Assembly (NCBI GenBank): GCA_973895155.1
Contig: OZ316899.1
Coordinates: forward strand, 13,891,934 to 13,955,933
Length of the DNA stretch: 64,000 nucleotides
Source of the DNA: Marsupella aquatica
Taxonomy: Eukaryota; Plantae; Marchantiophyta
Direction: 5' to 3'
Part shown: in pieces, positions 1-12,200 of the stretch
Layout of the letters: each line of letters opens with the position of its first letter
Numbering within the stretch: the stretch's first letter is position 1
The notes under the pieces: model-generated
What the model saw: only the letters and a program-made list of their open reading frames with translations
What the model was told of the DNA's origin: nothing
Databases searched by the model: none
Program-made: the position numbers and the translations under genes

Positions 1-18
1 ACAAAGCATTAGAAGCGG

Positions 19-150
19 CCGGCTCTAGTATTCGGCATGTTTGGGCGATTAATGTTTCATTATTTTGGGTTTGAACGCCCGGCGCTAGTATTCGGCATGA
101 TGCGTTTGTGATTGTTTTGCCTGTAGACTCCCGGCGCTAGTATTTGGCAT
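19..150. repeat. Three spaced copies of a ~21-bp motif CCGGC(G/T)CTAGTATT(C/T)GGCAT
   Basis: Copies at 19-39, 79-99 and 131-150; each is weakly palindromic. Confidence 0.8.
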
Positions 151-872
151 CGCATAATTATCAGTATTTTAGGAACAGATTTTTTTAAGTTTGCCACAAT
201 ACCAGGAGAAATGTGCTCCCAAAACAGGAAATTTTGCTGTTACCAGTTCTTGTTATAGTTTTCTGTTTGCTGTTTACTGCCTTTTGTAAACACCTCATCC
301 CACCCAGGCCCAGCATTATTGTTCAAAATGGATGAATTAACTTGAATTGTCAAACTGAATATTGTGAAACCAAATTCCAAAAGGGCAGCCTAGAAGGAGA
401 CGAGAAGGCGCGCTTGAATTAAACAAAAAACAAAAAGAAATGTATATATAGGTAGATTGCAATTCAATCTTTATATTGCATAACTAAGCCGATAGACGAA
501 CTCTTGGTAAGGGAAGATAGTGCCATGTCACCTACCTAGAAACCCACACTTGTCTGCTCGAGTGATCTCTCCTGACCAGACTGAGTTGGTGCACACAACC
601 GGCCAAAGCCCAATCCAATCCTAACAAACATCCTATATTGTGATGCTGCAAAGGTTGTTTTATGGAGCATTCCAGACACAAAGCTGTGTGCTCTACCTCA
701 CCGCCTTGGAGATATATAGAGGCAAACAACGCATCACTGGTGCAATCGAAGCTCACTTCTTGTGTGTGTATATATATTAATTATATATATTATGTGTGTA
801 ATTGACGACAACAAAGCAACTCTGAAATCATGTACAAGCCATATATCCCGTGTCCAGTATGGCCATAGCCAG

Positions 873-3045
873 TCAATCGTCTTGAGAGGACTTCTCCAAA
901 TTCCGCCACTTGTCTTTGAGATCGACCTGTGCCACAAGCCACAAGAGTAAATCGATGGGTCGTCATTGCATTCCGTGGATTGAAACATGGTATTGCAAAT
1001 TAATATGACCAAAGCTTACCTCTGTTTGACCTTTCAAAATATCCAAGCTTGCTTTACGGATGATATTCCACTTGCCTTTCCCAAACCTGTTGTTAGAAAT
1101 TCAATGAGAATGAATGTTCCTTGACAAGAACATGATTAGCCCATAGTAGGTAATACATCTTGGCCGAAAGAATACACAAATAGTCTATCACTCACTATGT
1201 GATGAAAAGCACAACAGGATAATCAATATGAGTGGAACGCGGAGCATGAGTGCAGGATGTCTCCATACTCACCTGTTTACTCCACTTCTGAGGCACCTTC
1301 CTCTTCCTCGGTCCACCTTCTATTTTGTCTGCATTCATGTTTCGTCGTGTTGCAGTTCGATTTTCCAGTTGGGTCAACGAATTGGGTTGGCTGCATTGTG
1401 GCTGTTTCAGGTTCGGCAAGTCGGACGGACTTGTGTTTTTGGGTGTCCTGTGTGGAAGCTGGAGGTGGACTGCTCGGGGCGGATGCATCAAAAATCCATT
1501 TTCTCTGCAAATTTAGGGCGGACATGATGCGCATATCAGGTTTCATGTCTTCTTTGCCTGTGCTGTTGTGCGAGGTGGTGGGAGGAGTTCTGGCCTACAC
1601 GTCACAATTGAAACAATTTGGTTTTAGTACAGAATGGAACACTTGTCTCCCGTCACCACACACCTATGCCGACCAGCATATTTCATCATTCTGGCTAGGG
1701 CGATTGTGAATTGAAGAATGAAAAATAGAGTGTATGACAAATGAAAGATTTAGGGTCCTTTCACTTGTGATTTTGTAGTAGTTTAAGTACGTAGGAGTTA
1801 ATTGACCATTTTGGATAGTATGTACTAACACGTACTCGATGGTCCGGACAGATGAATAGGAATAATGATATGGCTAGTAAGATCCTATTGTTACTTTACC
1901 TCTAGAAGAAGTTTGACTTGATGGAGTTGGCTGTCAAGGAGATCAAACTTGTGGTTGAAACTCGTTGCCATCCTGTTATTCTTGTCCGCCCGTAGCAGGT
2001 TCTCTTTTTCCAAGGCTCCTACGAGGAGTGAGCATGGACAACATGTGTCCACTCCGGGTGAAGCAACAGCAGGTGTGGCAATTTGGGGGAGGATCGCATT
2101 GTTCACATCACCTTCCACTCCACCACCGTCGCTGCCAGCGTCTGCCGGTGTTTGAGTCCGGATTCCGTGCGGGGTCAACACCAAAAAACCAATCGAGTAT
2201 TGTGGAGACTGGCACCGTTCACCTGCATCCCCACCTTGCATGTCACCCAACTCCCCGTCCAGACCCGCATCATTCACAGTGGCCGCCTCTTCCGTTATGT
2301 CTTGCTCCAACTCCTTCACAGCCGAATCTATCGGGGGGTTTAGGGTGATCTATACCCTTTCATCGTTGCATGAAGCATCTCAAGCCAGGGATGACAAAGA
2401 CACGACGCAAGGGGTGTGCCCACTTAGCATGACTTGGAGATGCGATGAGAAATGGCAAGTGTAGGACGACATCTTACCGTCCACGAATTGCTTATGAGCT
2501 AAGCCAAGTGATTCACGGAGCTTGTCGCCAAAAGTTTTGCCCCAATCATGTCTGGCCGACTGTTCCACTTGCTTTATGTTGCAAGAATACGCCTCGCCCT
2601 TTGCTGGCCAAATATGAATAGTTGCGAATTGGAATGCCAACCTTTCTCAGAGGACAGTGTGCTTGCAATCTGTCAACTTGTAAGAACCATTTGTGGCCCT
2701 TCTAGCCTTGTACGTCGTGGAAGTGTAATTAGTCACTTTAGCGTCTAATGGCGCCCCCCCCCCTCCAGTCGGAAAGTCTTCCGAATATTTTCCATGCTCA
2801 AATCAATTGGGTGACCTCTGACAGAGGTCTTTGATTTTTTGTGGTCATAGTTCTGTATGAACTGTATCATATCCGAGTCCGGATAACTTTTTGTATCCCA
2901 GCAAACCTCCACCACAAAGTCGGCAAGTCCGGTCTACTGGAGATATTCCGCGTGTTGCGGCTCGCTGATCTTGTGCACCCAATCCTGTAAGGCCCAATTG
3001 AAGGATGGCCCCCTCACCCCACCTTCAATTTTTGAGACATCTCAT
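873..3045 (-). pseudogene. Spliced gene: N-terminal Transposase_32/PMD-like domain + C-terminal TRF-like (telobox) Myb domain, disrupted
   Basis: Exons ending at 1273, 1086-1020 and 926-873 are joined by GT-AG introns. With one 1-bp frameshift near 1292 they give RRWTEEEEGA(L)RSGVNR/FGKGKWNIIRKASLDILKGQTE/VDLKDKWRNLEKSSQDD*; VDLKDKWRNL is the telobox signature. Upstream 2813-2425 reads HPIDLSMENIRKTFRLEG..CKHTVL*ERLAFQFATIHI..DWGKTFGDKLRESL..HFSSHLQVML, alignable to the ORF at 45577-46050. The 5' end is approximate. Confidence 0.75.
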
Positions 3046-3329
3046 GTTGTTTTCCGGAGGTCACCTTCTCGAGAACCATATCCTGCCTATCAAGTGACTG
3101 GCACTACAAGTGACCAGAGTGTCAAGGAACACTATGAGTACTAAGGAACACTAAGACGATCAGCTAGCAAAGCAGTGATCACGGAAAGACTTGTTGACAA
3201 TCCTCGCTTTGGTTGTGATTGGGTTCGGTCCTCCCTGCCTGAGAAAATGGAGGGATTGCAAAAGTCACGCATGGGGGCTCGATCGGTTTGTTTGAAGGAT
3301 GAGAATCCTCAGTCTTCAATTTTGCCGGA

Positions 3330-3510
3330 CAGGCAGACTCGGACTGGCGCATGGAGTCGGGATAATTTTTGGGTGGCTTGGATGCGAGTTTATGGTTTAG
3401 GGCAGGAAACGGCAGTCCATAATTCACAAAATTGTACTCTCAAAATATATTCCCTGTAGTTCTGTTGAACTTGTGTAGTATGTATTATTGTATAGGAGTG
3501 GGGCCGGAGG
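3330..3510. repeat. Diverged dispersed repeat (second copy ~7145-7345)
   Basis: Shared blocks GACTCGGACTGG, TTTATGGTTTAGGGC.GG and GTTGAAC..AGTATGTA occur in the same order in both copies. Confidence 0.6.
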
Positions 3511-4116
3511 AGTGCGGTCATTTGACGACTCGCACTACAAGTGACCAGAAAGTGAAGACATCCTCAGTGGCGGCGGCGGCCGCCGGGAAGGTATTTCTAT
3601 TTACCACGATTGACAATATCGATGCATTTTTATGTCAAAATCCGTACGACTTGTGATATGGCTGCCCGTAGCCCGCGGCCATTGCCCAACACTAGAACTA
3701 ATCTAATCACAATTAAAAGGGCCTTACCAGGATTACTTGGGCCCAACAGGGCAGGGGTTTGAATCCTGCCTGGCACAGTTCTCCTTTGAAACAAACCCCA
3801 TCCAAAAATGGGGTTCATTCATCAAAGTGACACTTAGTAAAAATTTACATCCACATTCTTTCACCGGCAGCCAACAAGGATGGTCACGGGCAAGGAGCGT
3901 GCGAGGCCTCGATATTGTCATTTGCGCTGAATGTTTTTCTGGGGTACCTTGGAGCACGCACTGACGCAAATCCCTGACTTCGTGCATTGTCGAATATGTG
4001 GTCAAATAGCAATGGGCATCATCATGAATCCTCCTTGGGTAAGATTCTCGTCTGCGATAGGAATTAGTATCATTCAAAATTTAGTGGATCTGTGACAAAC
4101 CTAACAGCAATAATTC

Positions 4117-5492
4117 AAGGTATATGCTTATGTTCAGATCTGCCCCAATCAACCCCCTTTGACAATTTCTTACATATAATTCTTGGGAAGAGCAGTATAG
4201 GGGGAGACTTTATCACGGTGAACTCTAATTTTCTATTATATGAGCCCGTGGTCTCGTCCGTGGTATGCTGCAATTATGTCGAGATAAGAGTGGGCCCACA
4301 ATCCACTCATGATAAGATCAAATGACACCGGACGTAGTCGTGGATACTTTTGTGTTTGAAGACAAAACTAGTATGGTCTTCAAACATTTAGGGGTCTCCA
4401 TTTGTCTGAAGTTTAGAGGTAATAAAATTGGGCTGCTATCTCCATAATGTTCCTATATAGTTGCTTTGTTGAGAATCTTTATCAGTGCATTCCACTAGAG
4501 ACAAATCTATGTTTGGATCTCACTCACAGAAAATGCCCTGGCGGATCTCTTTCACACCAATTAATTTGCTAAATCGGCACACTTGCATTCAGAAATTATT
4601 TCAAAATGTTTCCAATCTTTATGCCGCAAGACCATTATGACAGCCAAGAATCCAAACACCTGTAAAATTCTCCAAAATCCTTGAAGTGTTTAGGGTTTAG
4701 GGTTTAATGTTTGAATCTGAGTTGCCTTTTGCTTCCATTACGAGCAATTGAACTAAGACACTTTGCATTATGTACTCTCAACAAAGTGTATTGTATTCAC
4801 TAGAATAAACATATCAACAACAATTGATGACAACATCAAATTCTTACAAACTTTCTTATAGGCTTTCCCATCAGTTATCCTAAACCCACGTGCAATTGCG
4901 TCTTGCTTTTGGGCACGCTCTATCTTGTAGTGATAAAATGTCCACTTCAAATAGATCCCCTCTATGCCAGAGATGCACAATGACATCAAAATCTCCAACA
5001 TTGATAGTGCTAAGTGTACCTCACACCACTACAATGTCATCTAGATTGCATGCAAACTCTACCAAAAAGAGACTGAGTTTCCCAATAACCCTCAATACAA
5101 TAGATTCCCCCAAACCTCATGACCAACAGAAGTCATCATGACAGAATTTGAAACAATGAACATTTGGACCAAGTTATATGAGGCTAATTCAATAATGAAA
5201 CATCTGAAGACATAACATGTATTGTCTTCACATCATTTCTGAAATCCTTGATCGTCATCGTCAAGGCACGACCGACCCTAAATGAAGCATTTGACGGTTT
5301 GGTCAAGTCGCTTGCACCCACGGACAGGTTTAGGTAGACTGCAATTGCAATACACGGCATGTCATGAACCATAAACATATCAAAGGGGGTCGATTGGGGC
5401 ACGTTCGAACATAGGGGGTCGATTGGGGCAGATTTGAACATAGGGGGTCGAGCAGGAAACAGTCCAAAGGGGGTTGATTGAGCATATACCTC
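4117..5492. mobile_element. Non-autonomous Mutator-like (MULE) TIR element
   Basis: Perfect 9-bp TSD CAATAATTC (4108-4116, 5493-5501); termini AAGGTATATGCT / AGCATATACCTC; subterminal inverted block TGTTCAGATCTGCCCCAATCAACCCCCT vs tandem copies of AGGGGGTCGATTGGGGCA at ~5383-5450. Confidence 0.85.
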
Positions 5493-8400
5493 CAATAATT
5501 CCAGTCTTGTAGAGAGAAAATTACGGGATTATTGTGTTGTACATTCATCTATTCATGTATTTCAGAGTGGGTCTTGAAAGGTTCACAGTAAGTTGTTGTT
5601 CTCCCCGATGGTAGGTGTACAATCACTGAATCACGCATCCACTATTCCACTGGTTATGGTGGGTCCGTGGGTGCAGTACGTCGTTAATGAACCCTATACA
5701 GTACAGGCGCCAGCCCATTGAATCGCAAGGGATCCTCATCAATCATGGACGAGGACATCATGAAGTCATCAACCAGGCCCGTGACCGAGAGGGTCGGTCA
5801 CAAAGGCTCAACTAAATTGTAAAATGATTACTGTAAGGAAGAAAATCATGTTTGACATGTGGCCAGTGTGCCATTTCTTATATTCCCAGTGTCCTACACT
5901 TGGTAGCATTCGCTAGAATCTAAAATGGCAAGAAAATCATATTTGAGATGTGCCCAGTGTCCCTAAATGGTGCATGAGACTTGCATTACTTTGCAAGTAT
6001 CATGCACGTAACACATCAATAAAATATTATTTACCTTGTATTTGTTATGGTTTTTCCAAACATTCAAACTAAATGAATGATCACAGGAATGATCTTTACC
6101 TTGTACTCCTTAAGTTTTCCCCACAGAAAAAGAATGAAATGAAATTTGGTATGCTCTCTTACATGAATGGAGATAATTGCTCGACCATATGTATTTGGAA
6201 CAAAATTTTGAAAGAATAATCTAGTATCCTGGAAACATAAATTGAAGTTGCACTGGATTAAGAAGTTTACACATTATTTTGCATATAAAGTCATGATTAA
6301 TTGAAAGATTCTGGAAAATTCAAGTTCTTGGTCTAAACCCTAAATCCAGCCATGCTCATCCATTACCGTCAAACAATACACTCCCATTGGTGACATAGGT
6401 TTAGGGTTTGATAGTTGTTCTTAATTTTCCGTTCATCCTATTGTGACCCTCGCAAACTCTTTTCGATGACAGGCCAGGTTAATGTCACACCTTATCTACA
6501 TTATTATTTGATAATAATGTTGCCCTTAATTGCCCTTAAATAATTCAATGTTAAACAACATTCAACATAACACAAGGCAATGCAAGAAACACATTCGAAC
6601 CTCCTGGATGAAAAGTCGTTCAAGAGTTGCACTTCCTAGTGCTTCACCAGCTTGAAGCTTCCCTCCTCGTTTTTATTGTCTTCTTTCGTTTATCATGCGC
6701 CCAGATTAGAAACATCAACTCTTAATTACTTTGGCACTGAAGATGTTGAAACCGATAATACTATCGTGGTTTTCTTTGTATTTACAAATCCGTCAGGGTT
6801 TCATATATAAAGAATATAAGTTTAACAAAGTAACCAGGGTGGGAATATACAAAAACCATGGCATGTTTTTAAATACAACAAAAATGATGGCAACGTTGTA
6901 AATTAGAACATGTTCAGTGGCAATGTACTGTAGTTAAAACAGACAGGGCAGTTAAATAAACGGTAGCAAAAGGGACCGCAGCAGACGTCCATGACAAACG
7001 CAATATTGCACACCTAAGTCCAGCGATGGCAAGAAGCTCTAACTTTTGACCCCTGCGTTGAAGTGAACATTATTGGCAGATTGGCTGGCCCTTAACCCCC
7101 TGGCCGGGAACCTCAATTCAACCTGAATACTAAAACAACCCTGGCGGACTCGGACTGGTGTGCCGACTCAGATAGTTATTATCCAGGGGTTTAGGACTTT
7201 AGGGTACAAATCGTGCAGAACCCCATGAATTTATGGTTTAGGGCGGGGAAATAGCAGTATATGATGCACGGAATAGCATTCTCGAGATGCACAAAATCCC
7301 GTTGAACCACAGGGAGTATGTACTCTGTAGAGTGTAGAAGGAGGCCAGAGTTGGGGCCGGTCCGGCCAGAGGAGAATATTTGTAAGTGGAGGAGTGATTA
7401 TTGACCGTTGGCTGAACTCCTGTAGAACTTTAAGTTCAGCTTTGTGGTGGGGGCCGAAAAAGGACTCTAAACTTCTTTTTTTGTCTGTGTATACGTTCCT
7501 CGCACACTATTCTGCGTATACTACTTGAAAAATAGTAGTTGCCCACTTGAACACTCGTTAGTTCTTGTTAGGCATAGAACTACACAGTATACTATCATCA
7601 ATGGCTCCCTCTATCTTTATTCTCTCCAACTTACTTTCAATGTGTTTGTTTTTTCCTTCTTTCTTCTTTCTCTTTTTTTCTTTTCTTTTTTCCCATGGGT
7701 GAAATGGGTCACCTGTGACACTGTTTCCAAGGGGCTTCATAAGAGGGGTGACTCTTTTTAAGGGACCTGTTTTTGTGTGGGAGCGTTCCATGTCTTTGTT
7801 TTATCGGTTTTTTTTAATTTAATTCTTTTTTTATTTCTTTTTCCTTTGGGTGAAATGGGTCACCTGGAAGAGGGACAACTCTTTTGAAGGGTCTAAAAAA
7901 GAGGGGAGGAATACAAAAGTAGTGGAAGAATAATTGTTAATAAATTAAACCAGTATGTGGGTCTAGTTGTGAGTTGTTAGTAACATTATTGAGCTTTAAA
8001 TTTCCAATCACTTTTTTGTCAATTTGGACTCTTCCAAAAGGAAAGTTGTTACGGACCCCATTAGAGGTCCCTTCCAAAATTCCTGGCACCAGAGCGTTGT
8101 CCTGAGGATAAGCAAAAAGGTGGGAAAGGTCTTGAGAAACACGCTGGGTGTATGGCTGCTTGAGATAGTAGATGGTTACCAACAAGACAACTCTAAGCAA
8201 CAAGACTTCTAATCAACCAAGCATCACAAAATTATCCACCTCATCCATAGGCAAAGCAAAGTAACTCATCCATTTACAAAATTGAGGACAACTTCTCCTC
8301 AATAATCAATAACTATAGATTTTTCTAAGTCAAAAGTAGGTCTCTATCAAGACCCTCCTAGCAAGTAACACCAAGTAGTATGTATAAGATTGCATCTCAA

Positions 8401-9441
8401 CCCCTCCAACAAGTCTATGAAAAACAAGGCTTCAAAATAGCCTATCTACTCTTGTCCTACACCATCATAACAACTTCAAGAACTTCAACTCTCAAGCAAG
8501 CAAAGCCTCAACCATGGAGAAAGCTCATCCCCTTCCATACTCCTTACTTATCATCCTTCAATGTTTCCTTCTCCCAAACTGAGTGGAAAATTGACCAGCG
8601 CTTCCGCACAAGAGTGAAGCCAATAATTTCCACCTTACTTTCAATGTTCTAGATATTGGGTAAGGATTTCAACAAAGGTGCCCCTTCCAAGCTACACAGA
8701 CCCCCAAGGCAAGACAAATCCACACCGGTGGGTGAATGAACAAGTCAATTACCAAGGCAGCTGCACTCAAGGTTAGGCAACACACCTCCAAGCACACATA
8801 AGCCCAATTCATTCACATCTACTTCCCCAGGTCCCTCTTCCATCAAAGAAACTACCTCCCAACTCTCAACTAGGCCCTTCAAACATTAGGCACCTAGAAG
8901 AGAGGAGCTATAGCTCTTTTACTCACAATCATGGCAATATCTCTCTTCCCCACCTCCAAGCTCTCAACTCTGAGAAAGTGAGAATGAAGAATGATCTCCA
9001 CCTTCCCTCCAAGCTCTCCCTTAAGCCCCTGACCTGCCTCCCCCATCAGAATTTGCAACTTCCTCCTCCAGCCCACTTCACACCAACCAAGCACTTGGCA
9101 GCAATTTACTAGCAGCCCAACAACTGCCCGCCACCTCTCCACCATAAATCGGGCACTAAATCCAAGTGAATGTTGAGCAAATAGGGACCAGACAACAGCA
9201 AAACCATTGACCAATCTCAATCCAACCTGAACTCAAGCTCCAACCACCCTCCAAGCCTCCCCAACACTTGTCAAGGCCTAACTTGCAGTCCAACTAGCTT
9301 TTGCCACCTCTATGAACTCAACCACCTGGTTAACCTCCTCAAATAGTAGCCCACCACCAAGGCAAGGCTTGACCTTGTCTCCTAGCTTGAGTTGTCATAC
9401 TCAAGCTTGAGCTTCACCCTTAGCCATGCCAACACCAACAC

Positions 9442-9690
9442 TTGTCTCCCCTTCATTTGCTTGCAAACCGGAAACTACCACCTTACCGGTTTAACAACTC
9501 TTTTAACTTTAGTAAGAAGGGGTGGCCATTAGTGCCACACCACAACCCTCCTCTTCACCTACCCAAGATTGTCTTGCACTCCAAAGCTCGAGCCCTATCT
9601 CTTGCACATGCCACCTAACAATTGTCTCCCCTTCATTTGCTTGCAAACCGAAAACTGCCACCTTACCGGTTTAACTAGCATTTTAACTTG
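9442..9690. repeat. ~70-bp direct duplication at 180-bp spacing within CpG-depleted decayed TE DNA
   Basis: TTGTCTCCCCTTCATTTGCTTGCAAACCG..CCTTACCGGTTTAAC at ~9442 and ~9622. Confidence 0.75.
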
Positions 9691-10970
9691 AGTAGATCTA
9701 AGTGAATAGGAGGTAGCCAACAAGTCATATTTGATCCTCTCCTTTGAACTTCAAACCCAAGCTTGCCACCTCCCTAGCTAAGTACTTAACCGTGGTTAAA
9801 TTACTCTAAATAATCCTATTTTCTCCAAAAGTTCTAAGAATAAGCTTTGTACATAATTAGTGGATAAATAAATACCCATTACTAAGCTAGTAAGCAAAAA
9901 TATGGAGTGGCTCTATCTTCTTTGCCTTTGGATCTTAAATTCCCGTTGATGATCCCATTGGCCAAACTAATCTTGCCAATTTGCTCCAATTTTTTGTTAC
10001 TAAAAATAGTAACAAATGCAAAAACTTTTCTATTATTAGCCCATTTTGGTCAACTTAACTTTAGTAAAAAAAGGAAGAAACATGGAATCCAACCATGTAG
10101 TACCTACCAACTACCTCCTTATTGGTTCTACATTACACTTGTATCACCTTTATTTACTTGTCCATCCAAAATTATGCAAAGGTTGCATGTTTTTAATCTT
10201 TTTCTTTCTCTTCTTTTGCACAAGCTAAACATGAGGATTTCTCCCTTAGGAAGAAAACCTCATGACAGCGTGCCACGTCAACAACAATTACAACAAACAA
10301 GACTTGTCCGTTTTGTGAATCAAATTTGCAGTTTTCAATCATGTTTGCCTCAACTTGGCTGTAAATTTTGGGGTTTGGGGTTTAGGGTTTAGAAATTTTA
10401 GAGTGAAAAAGGGATGTAAAAATTTATAAATGCAAAGAGCAAGACGGGTAAAACTGTCACTATGTAACCGTTTTAGTTACATGTCCAATTTTAAAAATTA
10501 AATCATGCAATAAATAATGACTAATAACTAACTTGATAACTTCCTTGTTAAAGGATAATTGGCACATGGAGTAAGATTTTCAACCTTTGCAATTTACGCA
10601 AACTATGGTCGGAACTTGAACTCAGTGAATTGATACTATTCATTTGATCAGACATTGATCTGGTTTCAAATGTACTTGTCGAGGACTGACTATTAACTCT
10701 CTTAGCTTGAGAATTTGGTTGGTTGCATGTAGCAAAAAAGTCTGATTTTGACATCTGCTTGTGATAACCATGTTGTCGACTTTGGCCTGGAAAGCAAAGC
10801 ATTCCTGTGACAGTTGAAAAAATGTCAAACTGCTCAGGCCATGGCTGAATGGGTCCAAAATGATTTCTTGAGAAAATCTAATCTAAACAATGCAAGCTGT
10901 GAAAATCTATCAATCATATTTGTCGAACACAACATGGCTACTAGCATCCCTTCCTAATCTTCCTAATCAG

Positions 10971-11034
<64 letters not shown>

Positions 11035-11036
<2 letters not shown>

Positions 11037-12200
11037 AGAGGAACATGGAAGACTAATGATGACAACCCTCGGAAACTAAATGGGATGTGGATATAAGTCT
11101 GGACTTTGTCATATGAGAGGGCATGACCCCCATAACACTTCAATCCTAATACATCAATATTGGTTTACATAAACCTGGGCTATCGGAGTAGACCCAACAA
11201 ACCTAGGCGCCCACGTTTGGCCCTGGAAAATACCCTAAAAACGCCGCCAAAGCAACGGCACTGCCATTTCTTGAGTCGGTTGTTTGTGCCCAGTGGCTCC
11301 TGAATTACATTCTAAGCCATACGAAAACACCACACACTGAGGTCTGTGACGTTGCATTATACACTGTAGCAAGCTCGTGCCAGCTCTGGCAAGGATCAGC
11401 TTCAACCTGCTGCAGCTCGTAAGGACAACCTGTTCACAGATCGTGAAGGAGGAAAGGTGTCGACTGTGCAGGATTCAGTAGAATCCAATGGGTGATAAAA
11501 ATAAACAGGTACAATGTGTGACTATGTATGGGAAAATGTTCATATCTAATACTTTCTGAAATACGAAATTGCTCATACTGTCATCGCTCCAATAAAATAG
11601 ATGCTTAGGATGAAGTGACTAATCTATCCCTAGCCCATGTCTCCCCGTAGCCGTCCGGACAATGCTACAGAAACATGGGACATGAGATTTTGTTTTTACC
11701 ACATTATTTCTACCCTGTGACGGGGGCTGAATGAAGGCGCAGGGGATGTGGATCACTTCAGTCAAGTGATCCCTAGGGACAGAGTATGGCCCATGCTCAA
11801 TGTCTCTGACTAGACATTGGAGTAAGCCGTCACTCATCGAAAAATCGCATGTGTAAATGGGTACACTGGATTTAATTCTAATGATAATGAGAAGCTACGA
11901 ATGATCCAGTGATTTACGGGTATGGTGAATGTAGATGGTTATGATATCTCTGAGTGATGATTCTATGGTTTAACATCTACCAGTGTACATTTATTAAATT
12001 GAACAGCGATTGGCATATAAGAAATTATGAGTATACTATTACCATCTATATGATATGTGTATGGATATGAGTATAAGTATGGGCGATGCACGCAACTGAA
12101 GAATAAATTGTGGATTTCGGAATGCTATGTCGTCAGTAACAATCGGTCCTGAGTTATATCAGGGTGTGATACTATGTGTATGGACACAAGTTTCTATCGA
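11035..12200 (+). repeat. Upstream pseudo-LTR (1166 bp)
   Basis: Near-identical to 17551-18716; two substitutions spotted by eye (TCTAATACTT/TCTAATGCTT and AGCGATTGGC/AGCGATCGGC). Bounded by CT tracts at 10975-11034 and 12201-12211. Confidence 0.95.
11623..11783 (+). ncRNA. Conserved multi-stem RNA structure, candidate ribozyme (copy A)
   Basis: Five stems whose pairing is preserved by compensatory changes in the diverged copy at 19401-19563; invariant ATGTCTCCCCGT, ACAGAAACAT and GTGACGGGGGCTGAATGA. Confidence 0.75.

Noticed and set aside
19-150. CRISPR-like repeat-spacer pattern (also at 23591-23745)
   Set aside because: Only three degenerate units, eukaryotic context, no cas genes.
3102-3550. 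CACTACAAG words as CACTA termini
   Set aside because: Both copies are in direct orientation, with no inverted partner or 3-bp TSD.
7930-10300. Coding remnant on the minus strand
   Set aside because: CpG-depleted and stop-ridden; no motif could be recognised.
11634-11734. Canonical hammerhead, RNase MRP P4, SECIS or TPP riboswitch identity for the RNA motif
   Set aside because: Only partial word matches; strand order and stem II do not fit a canonical hammerhead, and the other families' remaining elements are missing.
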